Part shown: in pieces, positions 52,981 to 62,060 of the stretch
Position numbering within the stretch: the first letter of the stretch is position 1
Layout: the number at the start of each line of letters is the position of its first letter
The notes under the pieces: model-generated
Told to the model about the DNA's origin: nothing
What the model saw: only the letters and a program-made list of their open reading frames with translations
Databases searched by the model: none
Source of the DNA: Nitrospirota bacterium
GTDB lineage: Bacteria > Nitrospirota > Thermodesulfovibrionia > Thermodesulfovibrionales > JdFR-88
NCBI GenBank assembly: GCA_021789935.1
Contig: JAJYIR010000010.1
Location: forward strand, 3,065-67,064
Length of the DNA stretch: 64,000 nucleotides
Direction: 5' to 3'
Translations under genes and position numbers: made by a program

Positions 52981-53802
52981 TTACTCCGAGTTTGATACGG
53001 GAGCCCCTCTTCTTTCATCCGGACTGTTCCCTGCCGTGCTCCTTCCGGCAGAATTTCTTTCAGACTTGATCTTGCCAAGTGAGCGCGGCTGGCTGTGCAC
53101 GCTTCTTTTTGCTTGCACTGAAGCCCCTCTGGCCAGCCCCGCCAACAGGCTTTGCAGGCCGAAGCGTACCTGTAAATCCGCGAACGCCGGCGGGACCAGC
53201 GCTTCCCGCATGAGCCCGGTAACGTCAATATCGACGAAGTTCCCGGAATCGGAGTAATAGAAGTCTAACGCCCTGTACGAGTTAGACGTAACAAGGGGAT
53301 CATCAAAATCCGCCGCGGACAGGGCGCCGACTGGATACTGTATCATGTCTACGAACGTTGGGATGGTGTCCGCAAAATCCGCCTCGTCAACGTAAACCTC
53401 GAGGGTCGCGGAATCTATAGTTGCATCGGCCGGGATACTACTGGCCAAAGGGAATGTAAGGAAAGCCCGGTATTCCGGGAGATCGGCGGCCGAACTGTCC
53501 TCCCCGAAAAAAACCTCGAAGGGGCTCTGGGTAACGGTATAAATATTGGTGGACGGATCGAACGCGATATCCCCGTCCGATGAGCGGGCGCTCAGGATAT
53601 TTACTGTGACTGTACCGCTTGAATCCGTATATGTTACGGACAGCAGGGGCGCGGTATTGGTGGCTGTGTCATCCAGACCCACGAACCCCGGGCCGGTTAT
53701 CGGAGCAGGACCGCCGCCCCCTCCTCCGCAGGAGGCCAGTGCCAAAAGGAACAGGCACGAGGCCAAAATCTTCGCGATCCGCAAAACCGGATATTTTTTC
53801 AT
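52981..53802 (-). CDS. Hypothetical lipoprotein
   Basis: Internal ATG at 53802 follows the SD aggaga and gives MKKYPVLRIAKILASCLFLLALASCGGGGGG (lipobox). Acidic beta-rich body with no family recognised; the last ~70 aa are low-complexity. Confidence 0.5.
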   Translation of the reverse strand: MKKYPVLRIAKILASCLFLLALASCGGGGGGPAPITGPGFVGLDDTATNTAPLLSVTYTDSSGTVTVNILSARSSDGDIAFDPSTNIYTVTQSPFEVFFGEDSSAADLPEYRAFLTFPLASSIPADATIDSATLEVYVDEADFADTIPTFVDMIQYPVGALSAADFDDPLVTSNSYRALDFYYSDSGNFVDIDVTGLMREALVPPAFADLQVRFGLQSLLAGLARGASVQAKRSVHSQPRSLGKIKSERNSAGRSTAGNSPDERRGAPVSNSE

Positions 53803-53938
53803 AAAAAAATTTCTCCTGTGAAAATCCTGAAAATATATATCTAGATTTATATCACATATCGGGCTGGCATTCCAGTGGTGAAAAAACAAAAAAAGGCAGG
53901 TGATGCAGGCGGAAACAGAGGAGAGGAGGGAGATTTTT

Positions 53939-54739
53939 CTATTTGAAACTCTGGTCTTCAGAAGGGAATATGCCTTTTTCAACCTCGTCCCTGAACTGAA
54001 TTATCGCCTTTACCCCTTCTTCCTTCATGTGGGCGTATCTTTTGGCGAATTTCGGCAGGAACCTTTCAAAGATGCCAAGCAGGTCATAAAGCACCAGCAC
54101 CTGCCCGTCCACGTGCGGCCCCGCCCCTATGCCGATTGTTGGAATTGAGACGCTTTTGGTTATGCGTTTTGCAAGCTCCATCGGCACAGCCTCCAGGACG
54201 ATGGCAAATGCCCCGGCGTTCTCCAATTCCCTGGCCTCCTCGATGAGCCTGTTTGCCGCCTCTTCGGTCCTGCCCTGGATTTTAAAGCCGCCCATGCGGT
54301 GGACCGCCTGGGGGGTAAGCCCTATGTGGCACATGACGGGTATCTCCGCGCGAGTAAGTGCCTCCACGGTTTGTATTACCTCAAGCCCGCCCTCCAGCTT
54401 TACCGCCTCCGCTCCGCCTTCCTTCAGGAACCTGCCCGCATTCCTCAGGGCATCAGATACGCCTGCCTGGTAAGACATGAAAGGCATATCGCCCACCAAA
54501 AGGGCGTTGGTTACACCTCTTTTGGCCATTTTCGTATGATAGACCATCTCATCCATGGTGACGGGAAGGGTGTTTTCAATCCCCTGTACCACCATGGCAA
54601 CGGAGTCCCCGACAAGCACCATATCAACACCAGCCTCATCCACCATCCGGGCGAAAGGATAGTCATAGGCTGTAAGCATGGTGATCTTCCGGCCCTCCGG
54701 CTTCTTTTTCAGGATGTCCTGTACGGTAATCTTCTTCAT
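53939..54739 (-). CDS. panB: 3-methyl-2-oxobutanoate hydroxymethyltransferase
   Basis: Start at ATG 54739 ([13 protein letters not shown]...). The track ORF start at 54805 reads through a poly-K/Q/N artefact of a (TTTTTTG)n tract. Typical PanB blocks: MLTAYDY, VGDS, and VKLEGG. Confidence 0.9.
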   Translation of the reverse strand: MKKITVQDILKKKPEGRKITMLTAYDYPFARMVDEAGVDMVLVGDSVAMVVQGIENTLPVTMDEMVYHTKMAKRGVTNALLVGDMPFMSYQAGVSDALRNAGRFLKEGGAEAVKLEGGLEVIQTVEALTRAEIPVMCHIGLTPQAVHRMGGFKIQGRTEEAANRLIEEARELENAGAFAIVLEAVPMELAKRITKSVSIPTIGIGAGPHVDGQVLVLYDLLGIFERFLPKFAKRYAHMKEEGVKAIIQFRDEVEKGIFPSEDQSFK

Positions 54740-54931
54740 GGGTTTTTTGTTTTTTGTTTTTTGTTTTTTGTTCGTTTTGCATTTTATCATAAAGCGGCCC
54801 GGCAATGTTTCCCGGCTTAAGCTATGCCGGGAAAAATGACAAATAAAAAGGCGCTGCGCCGTTTTGTTCCGGAATGCCTCTGGGGTGATACAATATAAAG
54901 AGGGAACGGGGAATGAAGGGGTGGTTTACCT

Positions 54932-56053
54932 ATGAAAGCACCATTTTTCAGGATAGCCGTATTTGCTTTACTGTCTGTTTTTGTATCAGGCCCGGCCTTT
55001 GCACAGGCAGGGACGGCCGAAGCGCCTATTGCCCAAACCCTTGTCCGTGAAGGCGATTTCGCCGTAAAACTTGCGAATGCCCTGAAATTGAGCACGACCA
55101 GCGATGATTCCACAGCGGAGAGCACGCTTGCAGCCGTGGGCATCGCTCCAAAAAACGGGTGGATCGCTGATTATCCGGTCACTCCTGATATTTCGGGGGA
55201 ACTGCAGGCTTCCATCAGTTCCGCGGCGGATTCGGGCAAACTGCCCATGTCCCGGGACGCTGCGCTGGCATCTTTACAGGACGTGCTTTCCGGATATGAT
55301 CTACCCGTGAAAGCCGGCGGCGCTCAGGAGTCTGTTGAGCCCTCTGAAGAGAACTATCCCGATGCCACGGTAATAAACAATTATTACTATAACGAGGGGC
55401 CGCCCGTGGTGACGTATTATGCCCCTCCCCCGGACTATGCCTATCTTTATACCTGGGTGCCATATCCCTTCTGGTGGGCGAATTTCTGGTATCCCGGCTA
55501 TTACTGCCTTGCGGATTTTGATGTGGTTGTTTACCATCATCACCACAGGGAGTTCGTGAGCAACCATTACCGTGAGCCGGGAACGGACAGGTTTGTGCGC
55601 GTGGACCCGACAAGCAGGGCTGAGGGCAGGTATTTTACCCGCGGCGAGAGGAATTTAAGCCCTTCAGCCACAAGGGGGGCACAGTCTATACTTAGAAGGA
55701 GCGTAAGCCGGGCCGGGACTTCCAGTGAGTACAGGGGTTACGGTGTGACACGGCCTGCGACAGGGACGCGTTCCAGCGCGTTTCAGCGCTGGGGCAGCAG
55801 CCGGTTTGAAGGGGATGCAAGCACGCGGGGGTTCCAGAGCCGTTCCTCGGCGGGCCAGATTCCCTCAAGGAACATTGCGCCGCAAAGGTCCGCACCCCGC
55901 AGCTTTACACCTCAAACCCGCGGGGGCTTTTCAGGGTTCCACGGCAGCGGGGGGTTCATACGCGGCGGAGGGGGTTTTGGCGGCGGTGCGCCCCGGGGTG
56001 GCGGCGGTGGTGCGCCGCGCGGAGGAGGCGGGGGCGGAGGTTTCCGGCGTTAG
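54932..56053 (+). CDS. Secreted protein of unknown function with an aromatic/Pro-rich core and an Arg/Gly-rich tail
   Basis: 373 aa. Signal peptide ...GPAFAQAG; core PPVVTYYAPPPDYAYLYTWVPYPFWWANFWYPGYY; C-terminus ...GGFIRGGGGFGGGAPRGGGGGAPRGGGGGGGFRR. Confidence 0.6.
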   Translation: MKAPFFRIAVFALLSVFVSGPAFAQAGTAEAPIAQTLVREGDFAVKLANALKLSTTSDDSTAESTLAAVGIAPKNGWIADYPVTPDISGELQASISSAADSGKLPMSRDAALASLQDVLSGYDLPVKAGGAQESVEPSEENYPDATVINNYYYNEGPPVVTYYAPPPDYAYLYTWVPYPFWWANFWYPGYYCLADFDVVVYHHHHREFVSNHYREPGTDRFVRVDPTSRAEGRYFTRGERNLSPSATRGAQSILRRSVSRAGTSSEYRGYGVTRPATGTRSSAFQRWGSSRFEGDASTRGFQSRSSAGQIPSRNIAPQRSAPRSFTPQTRGGFSGFHGSGGFIRGGGGFGGGAPRGGGGGAPRGGGGGGGFRR

Positions 56054-56104
56054 AGGCGGCGGAAGTTGAAAATGTGGAGGATGTTTATGTTTATAGATAA
56101 GACA

Positions 56105-57097
56105 ATGGCAAAAAGGAAAAATTTTCTTCTGCGGAGATATTTGCCGGCCTTCCTTGCCGCGGCCGTCGCGGCGTTTTACGGGTATCCTGTTTATGCCCAG
56201 GCTGGGGCCGCCGCCCGCGCTGCCGCGGCCGGCGCGCAGCAAATGGAGTTTGGGTCCCCCCGGCAGGCATTCGGTGCGCTTGTGAATGCCGCCGCAAGCA
56301 ATGACACAAAGGAGATGCTGGCCATCTTCGGCCCGGATGGAAAAGACATCATATCCTCGGGCGATCCCATTGCCGATACGAATGCCCGCGCGCGGTTCGC
56401 CAAGTCCGCGAAACAAGGGGTCTCATTCAAGCAACTGGATAAAAACACTTTTCTGGCCCTTGTCGGGAAGGACGGATGGACTTTTCCGATCCCGATAATA
56501 AAAAAAGGAAAATCCTGGATATTCTATACCGAAGAAGGAAAACAGGAGATACTGGACCGCAGAATAGGGAGGAACGAACTAAGCGCCATCCGTGCATCGC
56601 TTTCCTATGTGGAGGCGCAGCGAGAGTATGCCCGGAAGGTCCTTGGCGAGGGCGGCCATTTTCAGTATGCGCAAAGCTTCGTCAACCAAGCGAACGTGCG
56701 GGACGGCCTGTACTGGCCAGGCGAGGGGGACAGTCCCCTGGGGCCGCTTTTTGCCCGGGCCTCCTGCCAAAGGAATGCCGCCGGTCAGGAAGCCGGGAAA
56801 CAGGTGCCATACTATGGCTATTATTTCAATATACTTAAAGGCCAGGGCAAACATGCCCCGGGCGGCGCGATGGATTATGTGATGGGCAAAAGGATGACGG
56901 GCGGTTTCGGCCTCGTTGCGCACCCCGCAAAATACGGGGTTTCAGGCGTCATGACCTTCATTGTGAACCAGCAGGGGATCTTGTATGAGAAAGACCTTGG
57001 GCCGCACACCGAAGCGATGGCAGGAAAGATCACAGTGTACGATCCGGATGATACATGGAAAAGGGTGGACATGACGCAGGCCTCTTTGTCCAAATAG
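56105..57097 (+). CDS. DUF2950-family periplasmic protein
   Basis: Probable ATG at 56105 (MAKRKNFLL..., signal peptide). Blocks as I recall for DUF2950: ILDRRIGRNELSAI, YVEAQREYA, DGLYWPGEGDSPLGPL, YYGYYFNIL, GGFGLVAHPAKYGVSGVMTFIVNQQGILYEKDLGP. Confidence 0.7.
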   Translation: MAKRKNFLLRRYLPAFLAAAVAAFYGYPVYAQAGAAARAAAAGAQQMEFGSPRQAFGALVNAAASNDTKEMLAIFGPDGKDIISSGDPIADTNARARFAKSAKQGVSFKQLDKNTFLALVGKDGWTFPIPIIKKGKSWIFYTEEGKQEILDRRIGRNELSAIRASLSYVEAQREYARKVLGEGGHFQYAQSFVNQANVRDGLYWPGEGDSPLGPLFARASCQRNAAGQEAGKQVPYYGYYFNILKGQGKHAPGGAMDYVMGKRMTGGFGLVAHPAKYGVSGVMTFIVNQQGILYEKDLGPHTEAMAGKITVYDPDDTWKRVDMTQASLSK

Positions 57098-57181
57098 GAG
57101 ATGCGGGAAATCAGTAAAACAAAAAACAAAAAATAAAAAAACATTCCTGGCGCTTTTTCTTTTTTAGCACTTACGGCAGGA

Positions 57182-58270
57182 ATGACAGGGAGGATGAAAA
57201 GTTATATGAGGCTATTGCTGCGGACTCACAGGACCGGGTTTGACGCCGTGCACGTTGGCCGTCCGGTAAGGTTTTTTGCCGGGCGGCTCATTATTTTCTC
57301 TGTTTGTTCTCTTTTGCTTGCCGCGTTCATGTTTGCCGCTCCGGCGGCTTCTTCCGCTTACGTGGCCGTGTCGGTTACGATTGCTCCGCCGGCCATTCCT
57401 ATTTACGTTCAGCCTGCTTGCCCTGGCCCCGGCTATATGTGGACGCCGGGCTACTGGGCCTGGGACCCGGCCTACGGATATTACTGGGTGCCGGGCACCT
57501 GGGTGCTGGCGCCGTTTCAAGGCGCGTTATGGACCCCCGGCTATTGGGGCTGGACAAACGGCGTGTATATCTGGCACGGAGGCTATTGGGGGCCGGTGGT
57601 CGGCTTCTACGGAGGCATTAACTACGGCTTTGGGTATACCGGTTATGGCTACTGGGGCGGCTATTGGAGAGGCCGCGCGTTCTATTACAACCGCGCGGTC
57701 ACCAATATCAACGTCAGGAGAATAACTACCGTTTATGACAGGCGTGTCACCCGCTACAATGCTCGCAGGACGGGCTACAACGGCGGGCCAGGCGGCATCA
57801 GGCTTCGCCCAACTGCCGCGCAGTTGGCAGCGGAGCGTCAGCGGCGGTTTGCGCCCATTGCCGTTCAACGGCAGCATGAACTGAAGGCACGATCTAATCC
57901 CAGGCTTCGCGCGGCTGTGAACCATGGCCGTCCAGCCATTGCCGCCACAAGCAGGCCAGGCGTTTTCACAGGCCGCGGCGTCGTACGGGCCAGCAGGGCA
58001 GGGGCGCAATACAGGGCCGCGCCACGCACCCGGGCTGTCAGACCGAACACCCGGGCGCGGACTCCAAATACGGGGCGTTATGAAAGACGTCAACGGACGG
58101 GCGTACCCGGAGGCGGAGCGCCAGGGGGAACTATCATGCGGCGTCAGGGTTCATCCGGAAGGCCGGCGGGGCGCGGTGCCTCGCCACGCGGCGGAGGCGG
58201 ACGCCGCTTGCCTTCAGGGGGCAATCATAAAAGAGGCGGGGACAGGTCGCGTCAACAAAGGGGCCGCTAA
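57182..58270 (+). CDS. YXWGXW-repeat membrane/secreted protein with an Arg-rich tail
   Basis: 362 aa. N-terminal hydrophobic segment, then repeated PGYWAW / GYYWVPGTW / TPGYWGW / GGYWGP / YWGGYW units, then ~170 aa of R/G/A/P-rich low complexity. Confidence 0.6.
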   Translation: MTGRMKSYMRLLLRTHRTGFDAVHVGRPVRFFAGRLIIFSVCSLLLAAFMFAAPAASSAYVAVSVTIAPPAIPIYVQPACPGPGYMWTPGYWAWDPAYGYYWVPGTWVLAPFQGALWTPGYWGWTNGVYIWHGGYWGPVVGFYGGINYGFGYTGYGYWGGYWRGRAFYYNRAVTNINVRRITTVYDRRVTRYNARRTGYNGGPGGIRLRPTAAQLAAERQRRFAPIAVQRQHELKARSNPRLRAAVNHGRPAIAATSRPGVFTGRGVVRASRAGAQYRAAPRTRAVRPNTRARTPNTGRYERRQRTGVPGGGAPGGTIMRRQGSSGRPAGRGASPRGGGGRRLPSGGNHKRGGDRSRQQRGR

Positions 58271-58311
58271 AAAAACGGGGGGCGGGGATGGTTTTTCTCC
58301 ATTCCCGCTCC
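58268..58311 (-). terminator. Intrinsic terminator for the minus-strand NMO-like gene (shares the stop-codon region of the + strand gene)
   Basis: 13-bp stem (58279-58291 / 58299-58311, including two G-U pairs) with a 7-nt loop. On the minus strand it is followed by GTTTTTTTA (complement of 58268-58276). Confidence 0.55.
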
Positions 58312-58477
58312 ACCGGCATAATGGGAAAAAGATATGCGGCAATGGCGGCATAATGTCCGGACTATTTTGATATTGTTAATAAATAAGATGTATCAGGAAA
58401 CGAGGGAGTTTTTTTTGATTTTTGATTTTTTGATTTTTGGGTCAGGGGACATTCATACACGCTTCAGCTTCAAAACA

Positions 58478-59560
58478 TCAATGTTTCAGCTCCTCCATAA
58501 GATCGTGTACTGAGAGTATCTTGTCCATCCTGCATGCGCTGGTACCGGCCGTGAAAAGCGGTTCCTCCGAGGGATCATATCCGGCAGAGCTCAACAGACC
58601 GTTACAGATGCAAAAAAAGCCTTCGTTGTCCTGTTTGGCCTGGCACCTGGTGAACCTGCCCTCGGTGTCCTTTTGAAGGACGTAACCCTTGTCGCATTTT
58701 GGCGCTCTAAGCCTTTTGAGCGCAGAGACAAACATCGGGGATTGCCTGATTACCCTGAAAGGCAGGCCGCACGGGGAACCGGGGCTATGCGCCACCACTA
58801 TGTCTTCCTCTTTGGCATTGACCACCGCCTGTTTGTATTCGTCCGACGCGCCGCTCTCAATCGTGGCAAGAAACCTTGTCCCCATTTGTACCCCGTCCGC
58901 TCCCAATAGCAAAAATCTTGCTATGTCGGAGTGCGAATATATCCCTCCGGCAACGATAACCGGGAAGTCCCCATGCTTGCGCGCGGTATCCTTTACCGCA
59001 GGCAGAAGATTTTCAAGCCTGTTGGATTCCATGTCCAGTTCGTTAATTTTAAATCCAAGATGCCCGCCGGCCAGAGGGCCTTCAAGCACCGCGGCGTCTG
59101 GTCTGCGGCCCGCTTTTTCCCATTTCCGGCACACTATTTCAAGCGCCCTGGCTGAGGAGACTATCGGTATCAGGGCCGTATCTTTGGAAGGATGGATAAG
59201 CGGCAGTTCCAGCGGCAATCCCGCGCCGGAGAAAATCGCGTCTGCGCCGGCCTCAATAGCGCCTTTTACGGATTCGGCGTAATCCCGCGCAAGGGCCACC
59301 ATTATGTTTATCCCGACATGCACGCCGCCCGATTCCCGTGCAAGAGAGACCTCCTCATAGGCCGCCTCATAGGAATTGACTCTTTTGCCTTTCCTTTTGG
59401 AAACGATACGGTCCAGGCCGGCGCTGGAAATGAGTCCAAGTCCCCCTTCTGCCGCAACCGCGGCCGCGAGCGGGAACAGGGAAATCCCAACACCCATGCC
59501 CCCCTGCACGATGGGGACATCGATTTTCTTTCCTCTTATTATCAGAGCTGGAAGAAGTAT
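58478..59560 (-). CDS. NAD(P)H-dependent flavin oxidoreductase (nitronate monooxygenase / FabK-like), probable ATA start (track ORF starts at GTG 59509)
   Basis: The family-typical N-terminus ...LPALIIRGKKIDVPIVQGGMGVGIS extends upstream of the first canonical start. An in-frame ATA at 59560-59558 lies 7 nt after AGGAG (59572-59568). TIM-barrel FMN blocks follow (GADAIFSGAG, VIVAGGI). Confidence 0.75.
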   Translation of the reverse strand: MLLPALIIRGKKIDVPIVQGGMGVGISLFPLAAAVAAEGGLGLISSAGLDRIVSKRKGKRVNSYEAAYEEVSLARESGGVHVGINIMVALARDYAESVKGAIEAGADAIFSGAGLPLELPLIHPSKDTALIPIVSSARALEIVCRKWEKAGRRPDAAVLEGPLAGGHLGFKINELDMESNRLENLLPAVKDTARKHGDFPVIVAGGIYSHSDIARFLLLGADGVQMGTRFLATIESGASDEYKQAVVNAKEEDIVVAHSPGSPCGLPFRVIRQSPMFVSALKRLRAPKCDKGYVLQKDTEGRFTRCQAKQDNEGFFCICNGLLSSAGYDPSEEPLFTAGTSACRMDKILSVHDLMEELKH

Positions 59561-59915
59561 GCCCGAACTCCTGTGGAAAAAATCGTGAGAAGAAGCCTTA
59601 TAAGTCTAAGACCACTGTTAAGTATAACAAAAACCTTCAAAAAGATTCTGGATAAAATCCAGGACAGGTAAAAAACCGGATATTCGTCCATTGAAAGAAT
59701 ATAAGGCCGGTAGACGGGACAGCGCATACCGGTTTTTTTGCTTGTGACGCGATAGGTCAAATTTATTGACGTTTTTTGTCACATTATTCGCCAATACTTT
59801 TGTAACTCATAGTAAATCCGTTATTTCATCCTGGCATAAATTATGCAATTCTTGATGCCCAGAGTGGTTTATGTGAACCAGCCGCCTGACGGCCGTCCGT
59901 CTTGCGAGAGGAGAA

Positions 59916-60509
59916 GTGCCGTTAAATTTTTTCCGGTTAACGCATGAAGTAAAATTGAGAATTAAAATAATTTGTTTCTCATCTGTGTCCGTAATCCTGT
60001 TTTTCTGCTGTTTTGTCCCAACAGCCCTGCCTGCCCCATCTGACCCGTCTGCCTTATCTGCATCAGCTCATTATTGCGCCGCGGGACCAGGACCCTGCTA
60101 TGGGCAGAGGAGCGGCATAATCGTGGAAACTTCCCGGCATCTTTTATGGATATGCCAGGATGGCAGGGACATTATCAAATTCAGGGTATCTCTTGGCCGG
60201 GGCGGCATAAACAAAACAACGCGTGGAGATGATAAGACCCCTCTTGGCAAGTATCATCTCGGATACCCCAGGTCCTCGGCCCGTTTCGGCACATTCATCC
60301 CGATCGAATATCCAACGCCTGTACAGCGGGCAGAGGGCTATTCAGGCGGCGATGTGGGTGTGCATGGGCCCTCTCACATGTATACATGGTTTGAAAATAT
60401 AGATTTCGACTGGACCCTGGGATGTATTGCTGTCGGCTCCGGTCACGAAATATCCGAGATTGCCAAGTGGGTCAAAAAGCATCATGGGTGCAGGATAATC
60501 ATCAGATAG
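59916..60509 (+). CDS. L,D-transpeptidase (YkuD domain) protein
   Basis: 197 aa, signal/TM segment. GDDKTPLGKYHLG...VGVHGP...TLGCIAV catalytic His/Cys motif. Confidence 0.75.
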   Translation: MPLNFFRLTHEVKLRIKIICFSSVSVILFFCCFVPTALPAPSDPSALSASAHYCAAGPGPCYGQRSGIIVETSRHLLWICQDGRDIIKFRVSLGRGGINKTTRGDDKTPLGKYHLGYPRSSARFGTFIPIEYPTPVQRAEGYSGGDVGVHGPSHMYTWFENIDFDWTLGCIAVGSGHEISEIAKWVKKHHGCRIIIR

Positions 60510-60592
60510 GAAATAAAAGCGGCAGTGTCTTCCATGAGGGAGATACCATTTTTCCACAAAAGAAAAAGTGAATATCAAGGAGGAGAGCGGGG

Positions 60593-61369
60593 ATGAGGCG
60601 CAGGATTGCGTTTATTTTGTTTTTGGTAGTAGTGGCTGTTTGGGCGGAAAGCGGGGCCGCATGGGCCGGTTCACCTGCAGTAGAGCTGGAAGGCCGCTAC
60701 TGGATAACCAGCATAAGCGGCAACCTCCAGGTGTATGATTCGTCATCCGTGGCAACGGACATAGATATAAAAAATGACCTAAAGGTGGGCAACAAGGACG
60801 TCCCGGACGTGCGGCTCATCTGGCATACGGGAGAAAGCAGCTGGCTCAGGCTGGCCTATACGCATCTGTCTTATAGCGGGGATAATCCGTCGCTGGTTAC
60901 GCCAATTGTTTTCAATGGCCATACGTATAGCACCAGCAGTCATGTTTTAAGCTCCCTTAAAGTGGATTATGTGAGCCTGGACTGGGCCTGGCAGTTCATA
61001 AATATAAAAAATGTCGTGAGACTGGGCACACTTATGTCCGCAAAAGGTTTCTGGACAAGCGCCTCGCTTGATGACGCCACCGCCGGAGTGAGTGAATCAA
61101 AGAGTATCGATTTCGGTCTTCCCACCGTTGGCGCCCGCCTGGATATAAACCCGCTCAGGTTAGTGGACATATTCGGGGAATTCTCATGGATGACAGCCGG
61201 AAAGTACGGCCATCTCTATGATACCGAAGGCGGCGTGAAGTTAACTCCCGTTAAATATTTAAGCATCCTCGGCGGATACAGGATATTCGACCTGACCGCC
61301 AAGGACAATTCGAATTTCGCCGGCCTGAAGATACAGGGGCCTTTTTTGGGGGCGGCCTTAAGGTTTTAA
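60593..61369 (+). CDS. Putative outer-membrane beta-barrel protein
   Basis: 258 aa. Signal peptide ...AAWAGS, alternating-hydrophobic beta-strand pattern, C-terminal ...GAALRF (aromatic terminus typical of OMPs). No specific family recognised. Confidence 0.55.
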   Translation: MRRRIAFILFLVVVAVWAESGAAWAGSPAVELEGRYWITSISGNLQVYDSSSVATDIDIKNDLKVGNKDVPDVRLIWHTGESSWLRLAYTHLSYSGDNPSLVTPIVFNGHTYSTSSHVLSSLKVDYVSLDWAWQFINIKNVVRLGTLMSAKGFWTSASLDDATAGVSESKSIDFGLPTVGARLDINPLRLVDIFGEFSWMTAGKYGHLYDTEGGVKLTPVKYLSILGGYRIFDLTAKDNSNFAGLKIQGPFLGAALRF

Positions 61370-61480
61370 TTAAATTAAATTAAGGATTGCCGGCCGATGA
61401 CTGCCCCGATACGCAAAAGCGGTCTGTTCCGCGTGTTAAGCGAGGAAGGTTTTTTAAAAAAGGCATATCCGCGGAAGGGC

Positions 61481-61912
61481 TCAAAGGACCAGTCTCAGGA
61501 CCTTGGCCACGATCTCTTCCAGGGGGAAGGATATCAGGACAAGCGGGAGCATCGGGACAACGGCCCCTGCGATAAGGGGCACGAAGGTTTCCAGGTCTAA
61601 GGGAATAAGCCTCATTTTCCGGACTACCTGGAAGCTGTTGGCCAGGTCGGAGAGGGACTGTATGTCTGCGCTCCCAAGCGCAGAGCCGCCCTCTTTCAAT
61701 TTGATCCATTTTTGGGCGAAGTCCCGTGTATAGGCGGAGGCAAACGCGCCATACTCAAAGAGTCCATTTTTCTTTAAACGGTAGAGCTTACCCGTAAAGA
61801 GAAAAAGCGGGGCCAGGAAGACAATGAGCGAGAGGAGTATGTAACCTATGATCAGGGCCTTGAAAGAAAGAAGGGAGGCCCCTTCGAATATGATTTGCCG
61901 GGCCAGAACGTG
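61481..61912 (-). CDS. Hypothetical membrane protein ORF without a canonical start (possible truncated gene)
   Basis: The frame is open from 61912 to the TGA at 61481 (143 codons). The first ATG/GTG/TTG is the TTG of the 72-aa track ORF (61699), but TM-like sequence (LIIGYILLSLIVFLAPLFLF) lies upstream of it. No convincing SD found. Confidence 0.3.
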   Translation of the reverse strand, partial: HVLARQIIFEGASLLSFKALIIGYILLSLIVFLAPLFLFTGKLYRLKKNGLFEYGAFASAYTRDFAQKWIKLKEGGSALGSADIQSLSDLANSFQVVRKMRLIPLDLETFVPLIAGAVVPMLPLVLISFPLEEIVAKVLRLVL

Positions 61913-62060
61913 TTATATAATGGCGAATGCGAGGCCGGCATGACGAATAAAAGATGAAATCTGTAAAAAAAAATTGTGATATATCTCGTTATATAAAGGA
62001 GCGGGTCAGGATGTGCCATCAGAAGATAAAAGTAATCGCAAACTTGAAAAGTAGGCGGCA

